Source: an uncultured Pseudobdellovibrionaceae bacterium (GTDB lineage Bacteria; Bdellovibrionota; FAC87; UBA2466). Taken from it: 64,000 nt of DNA. The DNA is taken from assembly GCA_964611895.1 (NCBI GenBank), contig CAZTDN010000004.1, forward strand, positions 64,301-128,300, given 5' to 3'. Position 1 is the first letter of the stretch; every line of letters begins with the position of its first letter. Both the position numbers and the translations under genes were made by a program. The notes below the pieces were generated by a model. It saw only the letters and a program-made list of their open reading frames with translations, was not told where the DNA came from and ran no database searches. Below, piece by piece: positions 18,856-27,805 of the stretch.

Positions 18856-21800
18856 GTCGTGCCCACGGAGAAGTAGCTTGCGTTCGGGTGGTGAAATACA
18901 AGTGCCGAGACGCTCGCTTCTGGATCCATCATGAAACCCTCCGTCAATTCGACGCCTATTTCAGCTGGACGCAAAAGGTCAAACAACGCTGCCTGATCGT
19001 CCAAGCGCGGACACGCTGGGTAACCAAATGAATAGCGTTTCCCTCGGTACTTTGCTTGAAAGCGATCCAGAAGTGTCGCCTCCGGGCTATCGGGAAACCC
19101 CCAAAAGCCCCGGATCTGAGAATGCAAGAGCTCCGCATAGCCTTCCGCTGACTCTAGGGCCAGGACTTGAATGATGTGCGACTGCAAGTACTCCCCTCGG
19201 TTTTTGAGCTCTTCCGCCAAAACCCGGACTCCTTTTCCCACTGAGACCACGAACGCCGCTACAGAGTCTCGCACTTGCTCCCAATCTGGAGGGTGACCAC
19301 TACGGGAAACTGGATGTACATAGTCTGCGAGGCAAAGCCCATCGACCTTTTTCTGACGGGGAAAATCCAAACTTACCGACTTGCCGTCCGCGGCGCGCAA
19401 GTGCAATCGATTGCCGTCGGAGGCTGCTTTGAAAAAGGAGTACACAGCCACGGGTTCCATCGCAGGTGTCCCCCGATACATTTTTTTGGCTTGCTCCACT
19501 GCGGTCCAGATCCCATAAGACTTTGGATCCTCTTGTTCCCATTTTCTCAAACTTGCGGGAGTCGCCTTTAACGAATCTAGCTCCCGGACGATCTTGCCGT
19601 TGATTCCCAAGTGCCGGCCGTACACCATCATCGGGTTCATGAACTTCCAAACCGTATCAATCGGTGTGTGGCGCAAGACATGACGATCCCAGTCTGGAAC
19701 CATTGGAGTCTGATCCAAAATGGGAACCGAGGAGGAACGTGTTTGTGGTTCTGCCACTTCTACTTTGGTAACCGTGGGCTCACTCGCCAGAGCAAGCCTC
19801 CGATGCGCGAGCTCCGACTTGAGCTTTTCAAACCCGGATTTATCCACAATTGTTTTTGCGAGTTCTAAACCCGTCATCGCATCCGATGCGTAGGCGACCG
19901 TCCCAACGTAGGCTTTGGAAATTTGTTTATCGACAAAGTTCTGAGTCAGCGCCGCTCCCCCGACCAACATAGGAGGCGTGACGCCCGCCTTGGAGAGATC
20001 GTCCGCAGTAACAACCATCTGTTGCGCCGATTTCACCAATAAGCCTGATAACCCGACGATATCAGGTTGGTGCTCTCGAATGGCATGGATCAACTGCTCC
20101 GGTGGCACTTTTATCCCCAGATTCACCACCTGAAAGCCGTTATTGGCCAGGATGATTTCAACCAGGTTCTTGCCGATATCATGCACATCGCCTTTAACCG
20201 TCGCTAGCAAAACCTTGCCTCGGCTGGAGGATTCGGTTTTCTCCATGAAGTTTTCCAAATGGCTAACTGCTGCCTTCATGGCTTCTGCGGACTGCAGCAC
20301 TTCGGCAACAATCAATTGGTTCGTGTTGAATAGGCGCCCGACTTCATCCATCCCCTTCATCAAGGGCCCATTGATGATTTCAAGCGGAGCGAGTGTCTTT
20401 AGCGCTTCATCCAGGTCGGCGACCAATCCGTCCTTAGAGCCTTCGATAATGTATTGAGGCAAGCGTTCCATCAGGGGGAGGACGATGCCACTCGCCTTTG
20501 CGCTGGGCGCTTTGGTTCGAAAATGCCCCGCAAAAGCAGCCACCGGGTCTTCGCCCCGATTGTACAAGAGATCCTCGGCTAAGCGACGTTCCGCTTCGGG
20601 AATACTCGCATAGCGCTCAAGCTTTTCGGAGTTCACAATAGCCAAGTCTAACCCCGCCTGCACACAGTGGTACAGAAACACAGAGTTCAATACCTCTCGT
20701 CCCGCTTCGGGGAGACCAAAACTCACATTCGAAATTCCGAGCACCGTGCGCGTGCCAGGAAACTTTTCTTTGATCAACCGAATGCCTTCAATGGTCTCTA
20801 CAGCAGAGCCAACGTACTGTTTATCTCCCGTAGCGCAGGGAAACACGAGAGGATCCCAATAAATATCTTCCGGAGCCAGCCCGTACTTTTGGGTGAGCAA
20901 GGCGTAGGAACGCTCCGCAATCGCGAGCTTTCGCTGGCGACTGACACCCATGCCTTGTTCCGGATCGTCGTCGATGGTACCCACGACCACCGCAGCCCCG
21001 AATCTCCTGACCAGCGGCAGAACTTTTTCGTACCGCTCTTCGCCGTCCTCGAGGTTGATCGAGTTGATCAATGCTTTGCCTTGGGAATAGGTCAAAGCCA
21101 TCTCAATGACTTTTTCATCCGTACTATCAATCATTAGCGGAACGCGGACTTTTTTGACGGCAAGCTCCAGAAACTGGCGCATGTCGGCCATTTCATCCCG
21201 ATCGGGATTGGCCAAGCAGACATCGAGAATTTGGGCACCACTTTTGATCTGAGCGCGAGCGATATCTGAGGCTTCATCAAATTTTTCTTCGCAAATCAGT
21301 TTTTTGAACTTACGACTTCCGATGACGTTAGTGCGCTCGCCCACAATGACTGGGCGCATTTCATCGGTGATTTCCAAAAAATCGACACCCGATACCACCG
21401 ATCTCTTTGCCGGATTTGGGACAGGTGCCTTTTTGGAGTCGACCAACTCCGCCAAAGCAGCGATGTGCCCAGGCGTAGTGCCACAACACCCACCCACCAG
21501 GCCAACCCAGTTTTTGTCGACAAAACGGGAGACCACTCGAGCAACCATGGCTGGAGATTCTAAATAGCAGCCATTTTCGTCGGGCAATCCGGCGTTGGGT
21601 ACACAGGCCACCGGAAACGGAGAGGACGCTGCCAGCGAGCGGATAAAATCGGTCATGAACTCAGGACCGGTTGCGCAGTTTAGTCCAAGGTACAGCAATT
21701 CATGGTGCGCTACACTCGCCAGCAGCGCCTCAATGCTTTGGCCAGCCAACATGGTTCCCATGGGTTCAATGGTTGCTGAGATTGCCACTGGCAACCGTCG

Positions 21801-22361
21801 CTTCTGCTCGACCATAGCTTGATCGCAGCCCAATAAAGCCGCCTTGACGTTGCGCGTGTCCTGACAAGTCTCCAGAAGCAAGTAATCAACGCCTCCTTCG
21901 ATCAGCGCCGAGGCTTGTACTCGAAACTCGTCCACCAGACGTTCGAAAGTCACCCCTCCGGTGACTGAAATAGCTTTGGTGGTTGGGCCAATCGAACCCG
22001 CAACAAATCGCGGTTTGGCAGGCGTGGAAAATTTAAGCGCTGCCTTGCGGGCGATCTGGGCCGCGGCGAGATTGATTTCTCTGGCTTTCGATCCAAGAGA
22101 AAACTCATCTAAAACCAAAGGCGTTCCGCCAAAGGTATTGGTTTCGATGATATCGCATCCGGCCCGTAGATAATCCGAATGGATCTCTTCGATGAGTTCC
22201 GGACGGGTCAAAACCAAGTACTCATTGCACCCTTCGTAATGGGTTCCCCCGAAATCCTCGGCCGTGAGGTTGCGATCCTGAATGGCAGTCCCCATTGCCC
22301 CGTCCAGGACAAGAATACGTTCTTTTAATAGTTCTGTTAGTGAAGGCGTGGTGTTTTTCAC
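18852..22361 (-). CDS. metH: cobalamin-dependent methionine synthase
   Basis: 1169 aa with all four modules: Hcy domain with GGCCGTTP, pterin domain VGERTNVIGSRKF, B12 domain GDVHDIGKN, and a reactivation domain with RYSFGYPACP. Confidence 0.95.
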   Translation of the reverse strand: MKNTTPSLTELLKERILVLDGAMGTAIQDRNLTAEDFGGTHYEGCNEYLVLTRPELIEEIHSDYLRAGCDIIETNTFGGTPLVLDEFSLGSKAREINLAAAQIARKAALKFSTPAKPRFVAGSIGPTTKAISVTGGVTFERLVDEFRVQASALIEGGVDYLLLETCQDTRNVKAALLGCDQAMVEQKRRLPVAISATIEPMGTMLAGQSIEALLASVAHHELLYLGLNCATGPEFMTDFIRSLAASSPFPVACVPNAGLPDENGCYLESPAMVARVVSRFVDKNWVGLVGGCCGTTPGHIAALAELVDSKKAPVPNPAKRSVVSGVDFLEITDEMRPVIVGERTNVIGSRKFKKLICEEKFDEASDIARAQIKSGAQILDVCLANPDRDEMADMRQFLELAVKKVRVPLMIDSTDEKVIEMALTYSQGKALINSINLEDGEERYEKVLPLVRRFGAAVVVGTIDDDPEQGMGVSRQRKLAIAERSYALLTQKYGLAPEDIYWDPLVFPCATGDKQYVGSAVETIEGIRLIKEKFPGTRTVLGISNVSFGLPEAGREVLNSVFLYHCVQAGLDLAIVNSEKLERYASIPEAERRLAEDLLYNRGEDPVAAFAGHFRTKAPSAKASGIVLPLMERLPQYIIEGSKDGLVADLDEALKTLAPLEIINGPLMKGMDEVGRLFNTNQLIVAEVLQSAEAMKAAVSHLENFMEKTESSSRGKVLLATVKGDVHDIGKNLVEIILANNGFQVVNLGIKVPPEQLIHAIREHQPDIVGLSGLLVKSAQQMVVTADDLSKAGVTPPMLVGGAALTQNFVDKQISKAYVGTVAYASDAMTGLELAKTIVDKSGFEKLKSELAHRRLALASEPTVTKVEVAEPQTRSSSVPILDQTPMVPDWDRHVLRHTPIDTVWKFMNPMMVYGRHLGINGKIVRELDSLKATPASLRKWEQEDPKSYGIWTAVEQAKKMYRGTPAMEPVAVYSFFKAASDGNRLHLRAADGKSVSLDFPRQKKVDGLCLADYVHPVSRSGHPPDWEQVRDSVAAFVVSVGKGVRVLAEELKNRGEYLQSHIIQVLALESAEGYAELLHSQIRGFWGFPDSPEATLLDRFQAKYRGKRYSFGYPACPRLDDQAALFDLLRPAEIGVELTEGFMMDPEASVSALVFHHPNASYFSVGTT

Positions 22362-22427
22362 AGGGGAAATAGAATATCCGGCTGAGCCCGAGAATCCAAG
22401 CTTCTTTCAACAAGGGGCGTCAATGCC

Positions 22428-23945
22428 CTACATAGGCAAAATACCCGGGGGCCGTAAGGGGCTTTTTTCGCGAGCGTAATACGCAAAACGCCGACTCAAC
22501 TCTTCCCGAACCTGGCTACCGTCAATCACCGCATCCACAATGAGCTCCCCTGCGAGCCGCAAAAGATCGATATCTTTTTCGTACTCCGCGGTCTTTTGCG
22601 CCACAAACGCCTTGCGTTCGGCTTCGGGGAGCTCTTGAATCTTGTTGTAGTAAACCGCGTTCACGGCGGGCTCAGGCCCCATGACTGCGACTTGGGCTGT
22701 AGGCAGCGCCAGCACACAATCTGTCCCGAAAGCCGGGCCGGACATAGCGTACAAACCGGCGCCAAAGGCCTTGCGGACAAGCAGAGAAATCTTTGGAACT
22801 CGGGCCGTGGACAAAGCGTAAATCAGTTTAGCTCCGGCTCGAATCATGCCTTCTCTTTCGGTTTTGCTGCCGATCATAAACCCCGGAACATCAGCCACGA
22901 AAAGCAAAGGCACTCGAAAAGCGCTGCACAGCTGAATGAAGCGAGCCGCTTTGTCCGAAGACTCCACGAAGAGGACCCCACCCTTCACCATGGGCTGGTT
23001 GGCGATGATGCCCACAGATTTCCCGTCAATACGGCCAAAACCGGTGACGACTTCTTTGGCGTAGAGTTCCTTTAATTCGAAAAAGCTCCCCTCATCCAAA
23101 AAGGTATCTAAGCAATCTTTTATATTGTAGGCGCGGGTGGGAGAAGCCGGCACCAAAGTAGCCAAATCTGATGCTGGGCGTTTTGGTTTTTTAGGGGATA
23201 CAGCAGGGGGCGTCTGAGATTCGTCTTGGGGCAGGTAACCCAAATAGATCTTCGCTTTTTCTATCGCTTCTTTTTCGTCTTTGACGAGAAAGTCACCACA
23301 CCCGCTGACTGAGCAGTGCATTTGCGCACCACCCATGTCTTCTAGACTGACCTTTTCCCCGATCACCGCTTCCGCCATGCGCGGAGAGCCGAGGTACATA
23401 CTCGCGTTTCCTTGTACCATGAACAAAACGTCACAAAAGGCAGGGATATAAGCGCCGCCCGCTGCGGAGGGGCCGAATAGAAGGCAGATTTGAGGGATCG
23501 TCCCGGACAAGCGGGCCTGATTATAGAAAATCCGGCCGGCACCCCGTCGTCCCGGAAACATTTCAATTTGATCGGTAATGCGCGCCCCGGCACTGTCCAC
23601 CAGATAAAAAAGCGGAACCCTTAATTGCTCGGCTGTCTCCTGAATGCGCAGAATTTTTTCGACGGTGCGAGCCCCCCAGGAGCCTGCCTTTATCGTCGTA
23701 TCGTTTGCCATAATGGCGACTGCACGCCCTCCCACACGGCCCAATCCTGTCACCACCCCATCGGCCGCGAGCTCTTCGCTCAGGCAGTTTGCAAACAAGC
23801 CATCTTCGACAAAACTCCCCGCATCGCATAGGAGCGCAATCCGCTCACGCACGAACAGTTTGCCTGCCTCAGGGAGTTTATCGTGATATTTCTGAGGTCC
23901 ACCCTGGCGAAGCTTTTTCTGCCATTGAAGAATATCTGCGCTCAT
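22428..23945 (-). CDS. acyl-CoA carboxylase carboxyltransferase (beta) subunit, probably methylcrotonyl-CoA carboxylase beta
   Basis: 505 aa. Carboxyl_trans motifs (AIMANDTTIKAGSWG, GPSAAGGAYIP, IIANQPMVKGGVL). Context with HMG-CoA lyase and hydratase. Confidence 0.85.
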   Translation of the reverse strand: MSADILQWQKKLRQGGPQKYHDKLPEAGKLFVRERIALLCDAGSFVEDGLFANCLSEELAADGVVTGLGRVGGRAVAIMANDTTIKAGSWGARTVEKILRIQETAEQLRVPLFYLVDSAGARITDQIEMFPGRRGAGRIFYNQARLSGTIPQICLLFGPSAAGGAYIPAFCDVLFMVQGNASMYLGSPRMAEAVIGEKVSLEDMGGAQMHCSVSGCGDFLVKDEKEAIEKAKIYLGYLPQDESQTPPAVSPKKPKRPASDLATLVPASPTRAYNIKDCLDTFLDEGSFFELKELYAKEVVTGFGRIDGKSVGIIANQPMVKGGVLFVESSDKAARFIQLCSAFRVPLLFVADVPGFMIGSKTEREGMIRAGAKLIYALSTARVPKISLLVRKAFGAGLYAMSGPAFGTDCVLALPTAQVAVMGPEPAVNAVYYNKIQELPEAERKAFVAQKTAEYEKDIDLLRLAGELIVDAVIDGSQVREELSRRFAYYAREKSPLRPPGILPM

Positions 23946-23949
23946 TTGC

Positions 23950-24735
23950 TCACTCCCCTGTGTAGTGTGGCTTGCGTTTTTCTAGAAAAGCTTTCATCCC
24001 TTCAATCCGATCCTTGGAGGGGATGAGCGGGCGATAGCATTCCACTTCAAATGCCAGAGCCTTATTCAGGGATAATTCCATTCCCTGGCGAATGGCGAAC
24101 TTGGCCTGCCGCAAAGCAAGCGGGCCTGCGTCCATCATTTTCAAAGCCCATTGTTTTGCGTGAGAGACAGCATAGCCCGGAGCTACTAGTGCCTGGATCA
24201 AGCCATACCCCAGAGCTTCTTGGGCTGAAATTCGCCGTGCAGTAAAAACCATTTCCATGGCGCGTGCGGGGCCGACAATGCGAGCAAGCCTTTGAGTCCC
24301 CCCATTGCCGGGGATAATGGCCAAGTCCACCTCAGGGAGCCCCAATACTGCATTGTCTGAAGCGACACGAAGATCCGCAGTCAGAGCTAGTTCCAGCCCG
24401 CCACCCAGCGCAGCCCCGCCAATCGCGGCAATTACCGGAATGGGTAGCCGTTCGATTCGCTGGTAGAGCGTGTGCACGAAATCAAAACGTGCGAGGATGT
24501 TTTTTTCGTTCATGCCTTGGCGTTCTTTGAGGTCAGCCCCCACACAAAACGCTTTTTCGCCAGCGCCTGTGATAACCAAAGCCCTAGCAGTTTTATCGGT
24601 TTCTACGACGTCGATGAGGGACTTGAGATCATCAAATATTTCTTTGTTGAGTGCATTGAGCTTATCCGGCCGATTCAGCGTAGCAAGGATGATCGCTCCC
24701 TCACGCTTGATTACAATGGACGTACTCGAACCCAT
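23950..24735 (-). CDS. enoyl-CoA hydratase/crotonase, probably methylglutaconyl-CoA hydratase
   Basis: Crotonase motif ALVITGAGEKAFCVGADLKER. ATG at 24735 chosen (the track ORF extends to 24777 into the lyase gene). Confidence 0.85.
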   Translation of the reverse strand: MGSSTSIVIKREGAIILATLNRPDKLNALNKEIFDDLKSLIDVVETDKTARALVITGAGEKAFCVGADLKERQGMNEKNILARFDFVHTLYQRIERLPIPVIAAIGGAALGGGLELALTADLRVASDNAVLGLPEVDLAIIPGNGGTQRLARIVGPARAMEMVFTARRISAQEALGYGLIQALVAPGYAVSHAKQWALKMMDAGPLALRQAKFAIRQGMELSLNKALAFEVECYRPLIPSKDRIEGMKAFLEKRKPHYTGE

Positions 24736-24736
24736 A

Positions 24737-25645
24737 TTACACCCCGAAAAGAGATCCCCCCTTTGCCCAGATCTCACTCAACCTACCCTGAGGAATAAGA
24801 CCGAGCTCTTGGGAGAGCGTTTGAACGGCTTGCTTAAGCGGAGCTTCCTGAAACCGCGTGATGCCCTGCCGAAAAAAACTATAAATCAGGTCCTCGCTCG
24901 CAACATTTCCCGACGCGCCTTTTGCGTAAGGGCAACCACCCACTCCCCCAGTCGCACCATCAAACCGTCGAACACCGCTCTGCCACCCTGCTTGGGCCGC
25001 AGCCACCGCCAATCCGTAAGTATTGTGCAGGTGAAGCGCGGTACGTTCGAGCGGGTAGAGCGGCGCCGTGTGACTCAGAACGGCGCGAACCTGATCCGGG
25101 GTCGCAACACCGATGGTGTCCCCCAGAGCGACTTCGTCGGGGGAGGCGTTGGCAACTTCACGAACGACTTTCGACACCGTGTCTAGCGCGATCTCTCCCG
25201 CGTAAGGACATCCAAAAACAGTGGAGACGTAAACCCGTACTTTGCGACCGAGGTGTTTGGCTTTGTTTATAACCAGGCGAACTTGTTCCAAGCTCTCTTC
25301 CACGGACGCGTTGACGTTTTTTCGATTGAAGGCCTCGCTGCACGATACAAAGCAGGCGGTCCAATCAATGGGAAAGCGTGCTAGGCGTTCAAAGCCTTTT
25401 TCATTAGGGACAAAAGCCATGAGCTCAGGAAGATCCGACTTTTTCCCCAATGCCTCACAAAATTTTTCGGCATCGGCGAACTGAGGCACTTTAGCAGGGT
25501 TCACAAAACTGGTGACTTCAATACGATTAAAACCACACTGAACGAGCCGTTCAAAAAGAGCGAGTTTCTGATCCAGCGTGAGAATTTTTTTTTCGATTTG
25601 CAACCCGTCGCGCAGGGTCACATCGGTGAAATGCAGTCCGCTCAT
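24737..25645 (-). CDS. hydroxymethylglutaryl-CoA lyase
   Basis: VTLRDGLQ ... HLHNTYGLA ... GGVGGCPYAKGASGNVASEDL, diagnostic of HMG-CoA lyase. Confidence 0.9.
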   Translation of the reverse strand: MSGLHFTDVTLRDGLQIEKKILTLDQKLALFERLVQCGFNRIEVTSFVNPAKVPQFADAEKFCEALGKKSDLPELMAFVPNEKGFERLARFPIDWTACFVSCSEAFNRKNVNASVEESLEQVRLVINKAKHLGRKVRVYVSTVFGCPYAGEIALDTVSKVVREVANASPDEVALGDTIGVATPDQVRAVLSHTAPLYPLERTALHLHNTYGLAVAAAQAGWQSGVRRFDGATGGVGGCPYAKGASGNVASEDLIYSFFRQGITRFQEAPLKQAVQTLSQELGLIPQGRLSEIWAKGGSLFGV

Positions 25646-25648
25646 GGG

Positions 25649-25861
25649 TTACTTGAGTTCCATGAGGGTATCTCCTTCATTGAGAAAATCCCCCACCCCC
25701 TTGAGAATGGCCTGCACTGTGCCCGCAGTGGCTGCCGTCAGCGGCACTTCCATTTTCATGGACTCGACAACAGCGACTTCCTGCCCAGCACTGACGGAGT
25801 CTCCAACTTTGACTTTGATTTCTAAAATGGTCCCAGCCATTTCGCTTTTGATTTTACCCAC
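25649..25861 (-). CDS. stand-alone biotinyl/lipoyl carrier domain protein (70 aa)
   Basis: MAGTILEIKVKVGDSVSAGQEVAVVESMKMEVP: biotin attachment motif E-S-M-K-M. There is no biotin carboxylase domain attached. Confidence 0.8.
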   Translation of the reverse strand: MGKIKSEMAGTILEIKVKVGDSVSAGQEVAVVESMKMEVPLTAATAGTVQAILKGVGDFLNEGDTLMELK

Positions 25862-25870
25862 AACTGCCCC

Positions 25871-26371
25871 TTACAAAGAAAAGCCAAACCGCATCATGAT
25901 ATTCCAAAAGCTGCCCTCATCCACGGCGGGATTGAATAGCCCATGAAAACGAAAGCCTAGCCCCAAACGAATAGCTTCGCTTACTTGCAGGTCTCCGTAC
26001 AAACCGCCCTGAAGCCCGAAACGTGGGCTGCGGTTCGTGCCACTGAACTGGTAAAACCCAGGGCCCCCGCCCAAAAAAACTTCGATGTCATAGATGTTTC
26101 CCACAAGAACATCGGCGGACAGAGAAGTAGCCCATAGACTGGTGCCTGCCCCCCCACCGTGAGCGCTCAGTTGAGAGCGGACTGTTACGTAAAGCACAGG
26201 ATTCGTGCGAAACCCTACCTCGCCGCCAAATCCTAGCGCATTGGTGTGTGCTGCGGCCGCACCCGAAGTTAAAAACACCTGTCCAAACTCCGCTCCCACA
26301 TAAACGGACTCTAATGGATAGGCTAAACCAGGCAGCAATAGCGCCAACGCCAGAGCAAGTTTGTTCTTCAT
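25871..26371 (-). CDS. small outer-membrane beta-barrel protein
   Basis: 166 aa. Signal peptide MKNKLALALALLLPGLA. Alternating hydrophobic/Gly-rich strands. Aromatic-rich C-terminus MMRFGFSL. Confidence 0.65.
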   Translation of the reverse strand: MKNKLALALALLLPGLAYPLESVYVGAEFGQVFLTSGAAAAHTNALGFGGEVGFRTNPVLYVTVRSQLSAHGGGAGTSLWATSLSADVLVGNIYDIEVFLGGGPGFYQFSGTNRSPRFGLQGGLYGDLQVSEAIRLGLGFRFHGLFNPAVDEGSFWNIMMRFGFSL

Positions 26372-26507
26372 GTGAAAACTTTACGCGTGCATAGGAATGG
26401 TTGGCAAGAAAAGGCACCTTTTTTGATGATTTAGTGTCTTTTTTGACCTGGAAACCTGGCTGATCTCAAACACTTCTAAAAAAAGAATGCACCGCAGCAT
26501 TTTTTCT

Positions 26508-26535
26508 TAAAGTTTAAGTCGCTGTGCGTCGAAAT
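26508..26535 (+). promoter_or_regulatory. sigma28 (FliA)-like promoter for flagellin 1
   Basis: TAAAGTTT (26508-26515), 12 nt, then GTCGAAAT (26528-26535). Compare the enteric consensus TAAAGTTT-N11-GCCGATAA. The spacer is one nt longer than consensus. Confidence 0.4.
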
Positions 26536-26651
26536 GCACTGTGTCAGGGTAGTGCTGCGTAGCGTTATAGCCGCGTAGTACCTCCCTGGTATCCGGTTTA
26601 GTACGCCGGATTCCCTGAATTTTTCGGGGACTCAACAATTAGGGGGAAACC

Positions 26652-27488
26652 ATGTCTTTCACAATTCAGACAAATGCGCTCGCGAATACCGCGATGCGTA
26701 ATTTGAATAATACGGAAGAACGCATGGCGAACGTCGTGAATAAACTCGCGACGGGTAGCCGTATCGTTCGCGCTGCTGATGACCCAGCGGGTTTGGCCAT
26801 CTCAGATCAAATGAACTCCACGATCCGCTCGATGAACCAAGCCCAACGAAACGCACAAGATGCTGTTTCGCTGGTCCAGGTTTTTGAAGGCGGAACGACG
26901 GAAATCAGCAACATGCTCATGCGCATCCGCGAGCTGTCGATCCAAGCGTCTTCGGACACTGTGGGTGAACGCGAGCGTGCGATGTTGAACTTAGAAGTAA
27001 AAGAGCTCAAGAGTGAAATTACCCGAGTAGCTCGCACCACGACCTATATGGACCGTGAGTTGCTCGCCGGTGATGAAGTAAAACTCGAGTTCCAAGTCGG
27101 TGTGAACAACGACGCAAGCCGAGACCGCATTATGTTCGATCCTGGCAACACGGATCTGACTGCAGGCGGCCTTGGATTGGAAGGAATCGATATCTCTGAA
27201 ACCGATGGCGCACGCGAAGGTTTGCAGAGTTTGGACAACGCAATCGTGATGGTGAACGAATTGCGCGCCAAAATCGGTTCCACTCAGAACCGTTTACAAA
27301 CCACGATCAACACACAAGGGATCTACGTAGAGAACTTGTCGAACGCGAAGTCTCGTATCCGTGACGCAGACATGGCGATGGAAACAACGAACCTGACTCG
27401 AGAGCAGATCTTGCGTCAAGCCGGTGTGGCCGTACTCCAAGCTGCAAACGAGAACCCGAAGCTCGCGCTTCAGTTGCTCAGAATGTAA
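26652..27488 (+). CDS. fliC: flagellin (short, D0/D1-only type), paralogue 1
   Basis: 278 aa. MSFTIQTNALANTAMRNL ... LATGSRIVRAADDPAGLAISD ... GSTQNRLQTTIN ... ILRQAGVAVLQAANENPKLALQLL. Confidence 0.95.
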   Translation: MSFTIQTNALANTAMRNLNNTEERMANVVNKLATGSRIVRAADDPAGLAISDQMNSTIRSMNQAQRNAQDAVSLVQVFEGGTTEISNMLMRIRELSIQASSDTVGERERAMLNLEVKELKSEITRVARTTTYMDRELLAGDEVKLEFQVGVNNDASRDRIMFDPGNTDLTAGGLGLEGIDISETDGAREGLQSLDNAIVMVNELRAKIGSTQNRLQTTINTQGIYVENLSNAKSRIRDADMAMETTNLTREQILRQAGVAVLQAANENPKLALQLLRM

Positions 27489-27554
27489 CTAGTTGAGTCC
27501 TTAACTGCCCACTGCTTACTCCCAAGGTGGGTAGTTCGAAAAGAGTCGGATTGT

Positions 27555-27583
27555 GCGGGGAGAGGTTTATAGCCTCTCCCCGC
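27555..27583 (+). terminator. stem-loop downstream of flagellin 1 (terminator-like, no U-tract)
   Basis: GCGGGGAGAGG (27555-65), 7-nt loop, CCTCTCCCCGC (27573-83): a perfect 11-bp GC-rich stem. Confidence 0.4.
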
Positions 27584-27734
27584 CTCCAGGCTCCTAGGCT
27601 CAATTCGATGTGACACGTCCCACTGTCGCGACATTATTGCACCATATTTATGTTGCACTATGTCATGGAAGGGTAGCTAAACCGATGCAAGTCGAAGCTG
27701 CTCTTAGGCCAAGTTCGGCCGACGGTAAAGCCTT

Positions 27735-27764
27735 GGCAGTTTTTCTGTGGTTAGAAAAACTGCC
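27735..27764 (+). promoter_or_regulatory. 12-bp perfect hairpin in flagellin 2 upstream/leader region
   Basis: GGCAGTTTTTCT (27735-46), 6-nt loop, AGAAAAACTGCC (27753-64). Lies 42 nt upstream of the ATG. Confidence 0.5.
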
Positions 27765-27805
27765 GCAAAAAGAAGGCATTGCCGTGCCAGAAGTCAGGAG
27801 GGGCA

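Noticed and set aside
22362-22427. Looked for a cobalamin or SAM riboswitch upstream of metH.
   Set aside because: Only 66 nt separate metH from the upstream stop, too short for either riboswitch class. metH is probably read through from the upstream genes.
24470-25186. 238-aa plus-strand ORF (and the 108/116-aa neighbours) opposite the hydratase and HMG-CoA lyase genes.
   Set aside because: The opposite strand carries unmistakable crotonase and HMG-CoA lyase motifs, so these are shadow ORFs.
25584-25592. T9 homopolymer (A9 on the coding strand) inside the HMG-CoA lyase gene as a possible slippage or phase-variation site. A similar A-run lies at 35669-35677.
   Set aside because: The frame is intact and encodes a plausible Lys-Lys. 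A housekeeping catabolic gene is an unlikely phase-variable locus. The second run is intergenic.
27726-27750. TTGGCAG-N5-CTGT upstream of flagellin 2 as a sigma54 promoter, and TAAAG as a sigma28 -35 element.
   Set aside because: The sigma54 -12 GC dinucleotide is absent (GG-N10-GT). No GnCGAnA box lies 15-16 nt after TAAA. The GGCAG is better explained as the left arm of the 12-bp hairpin.
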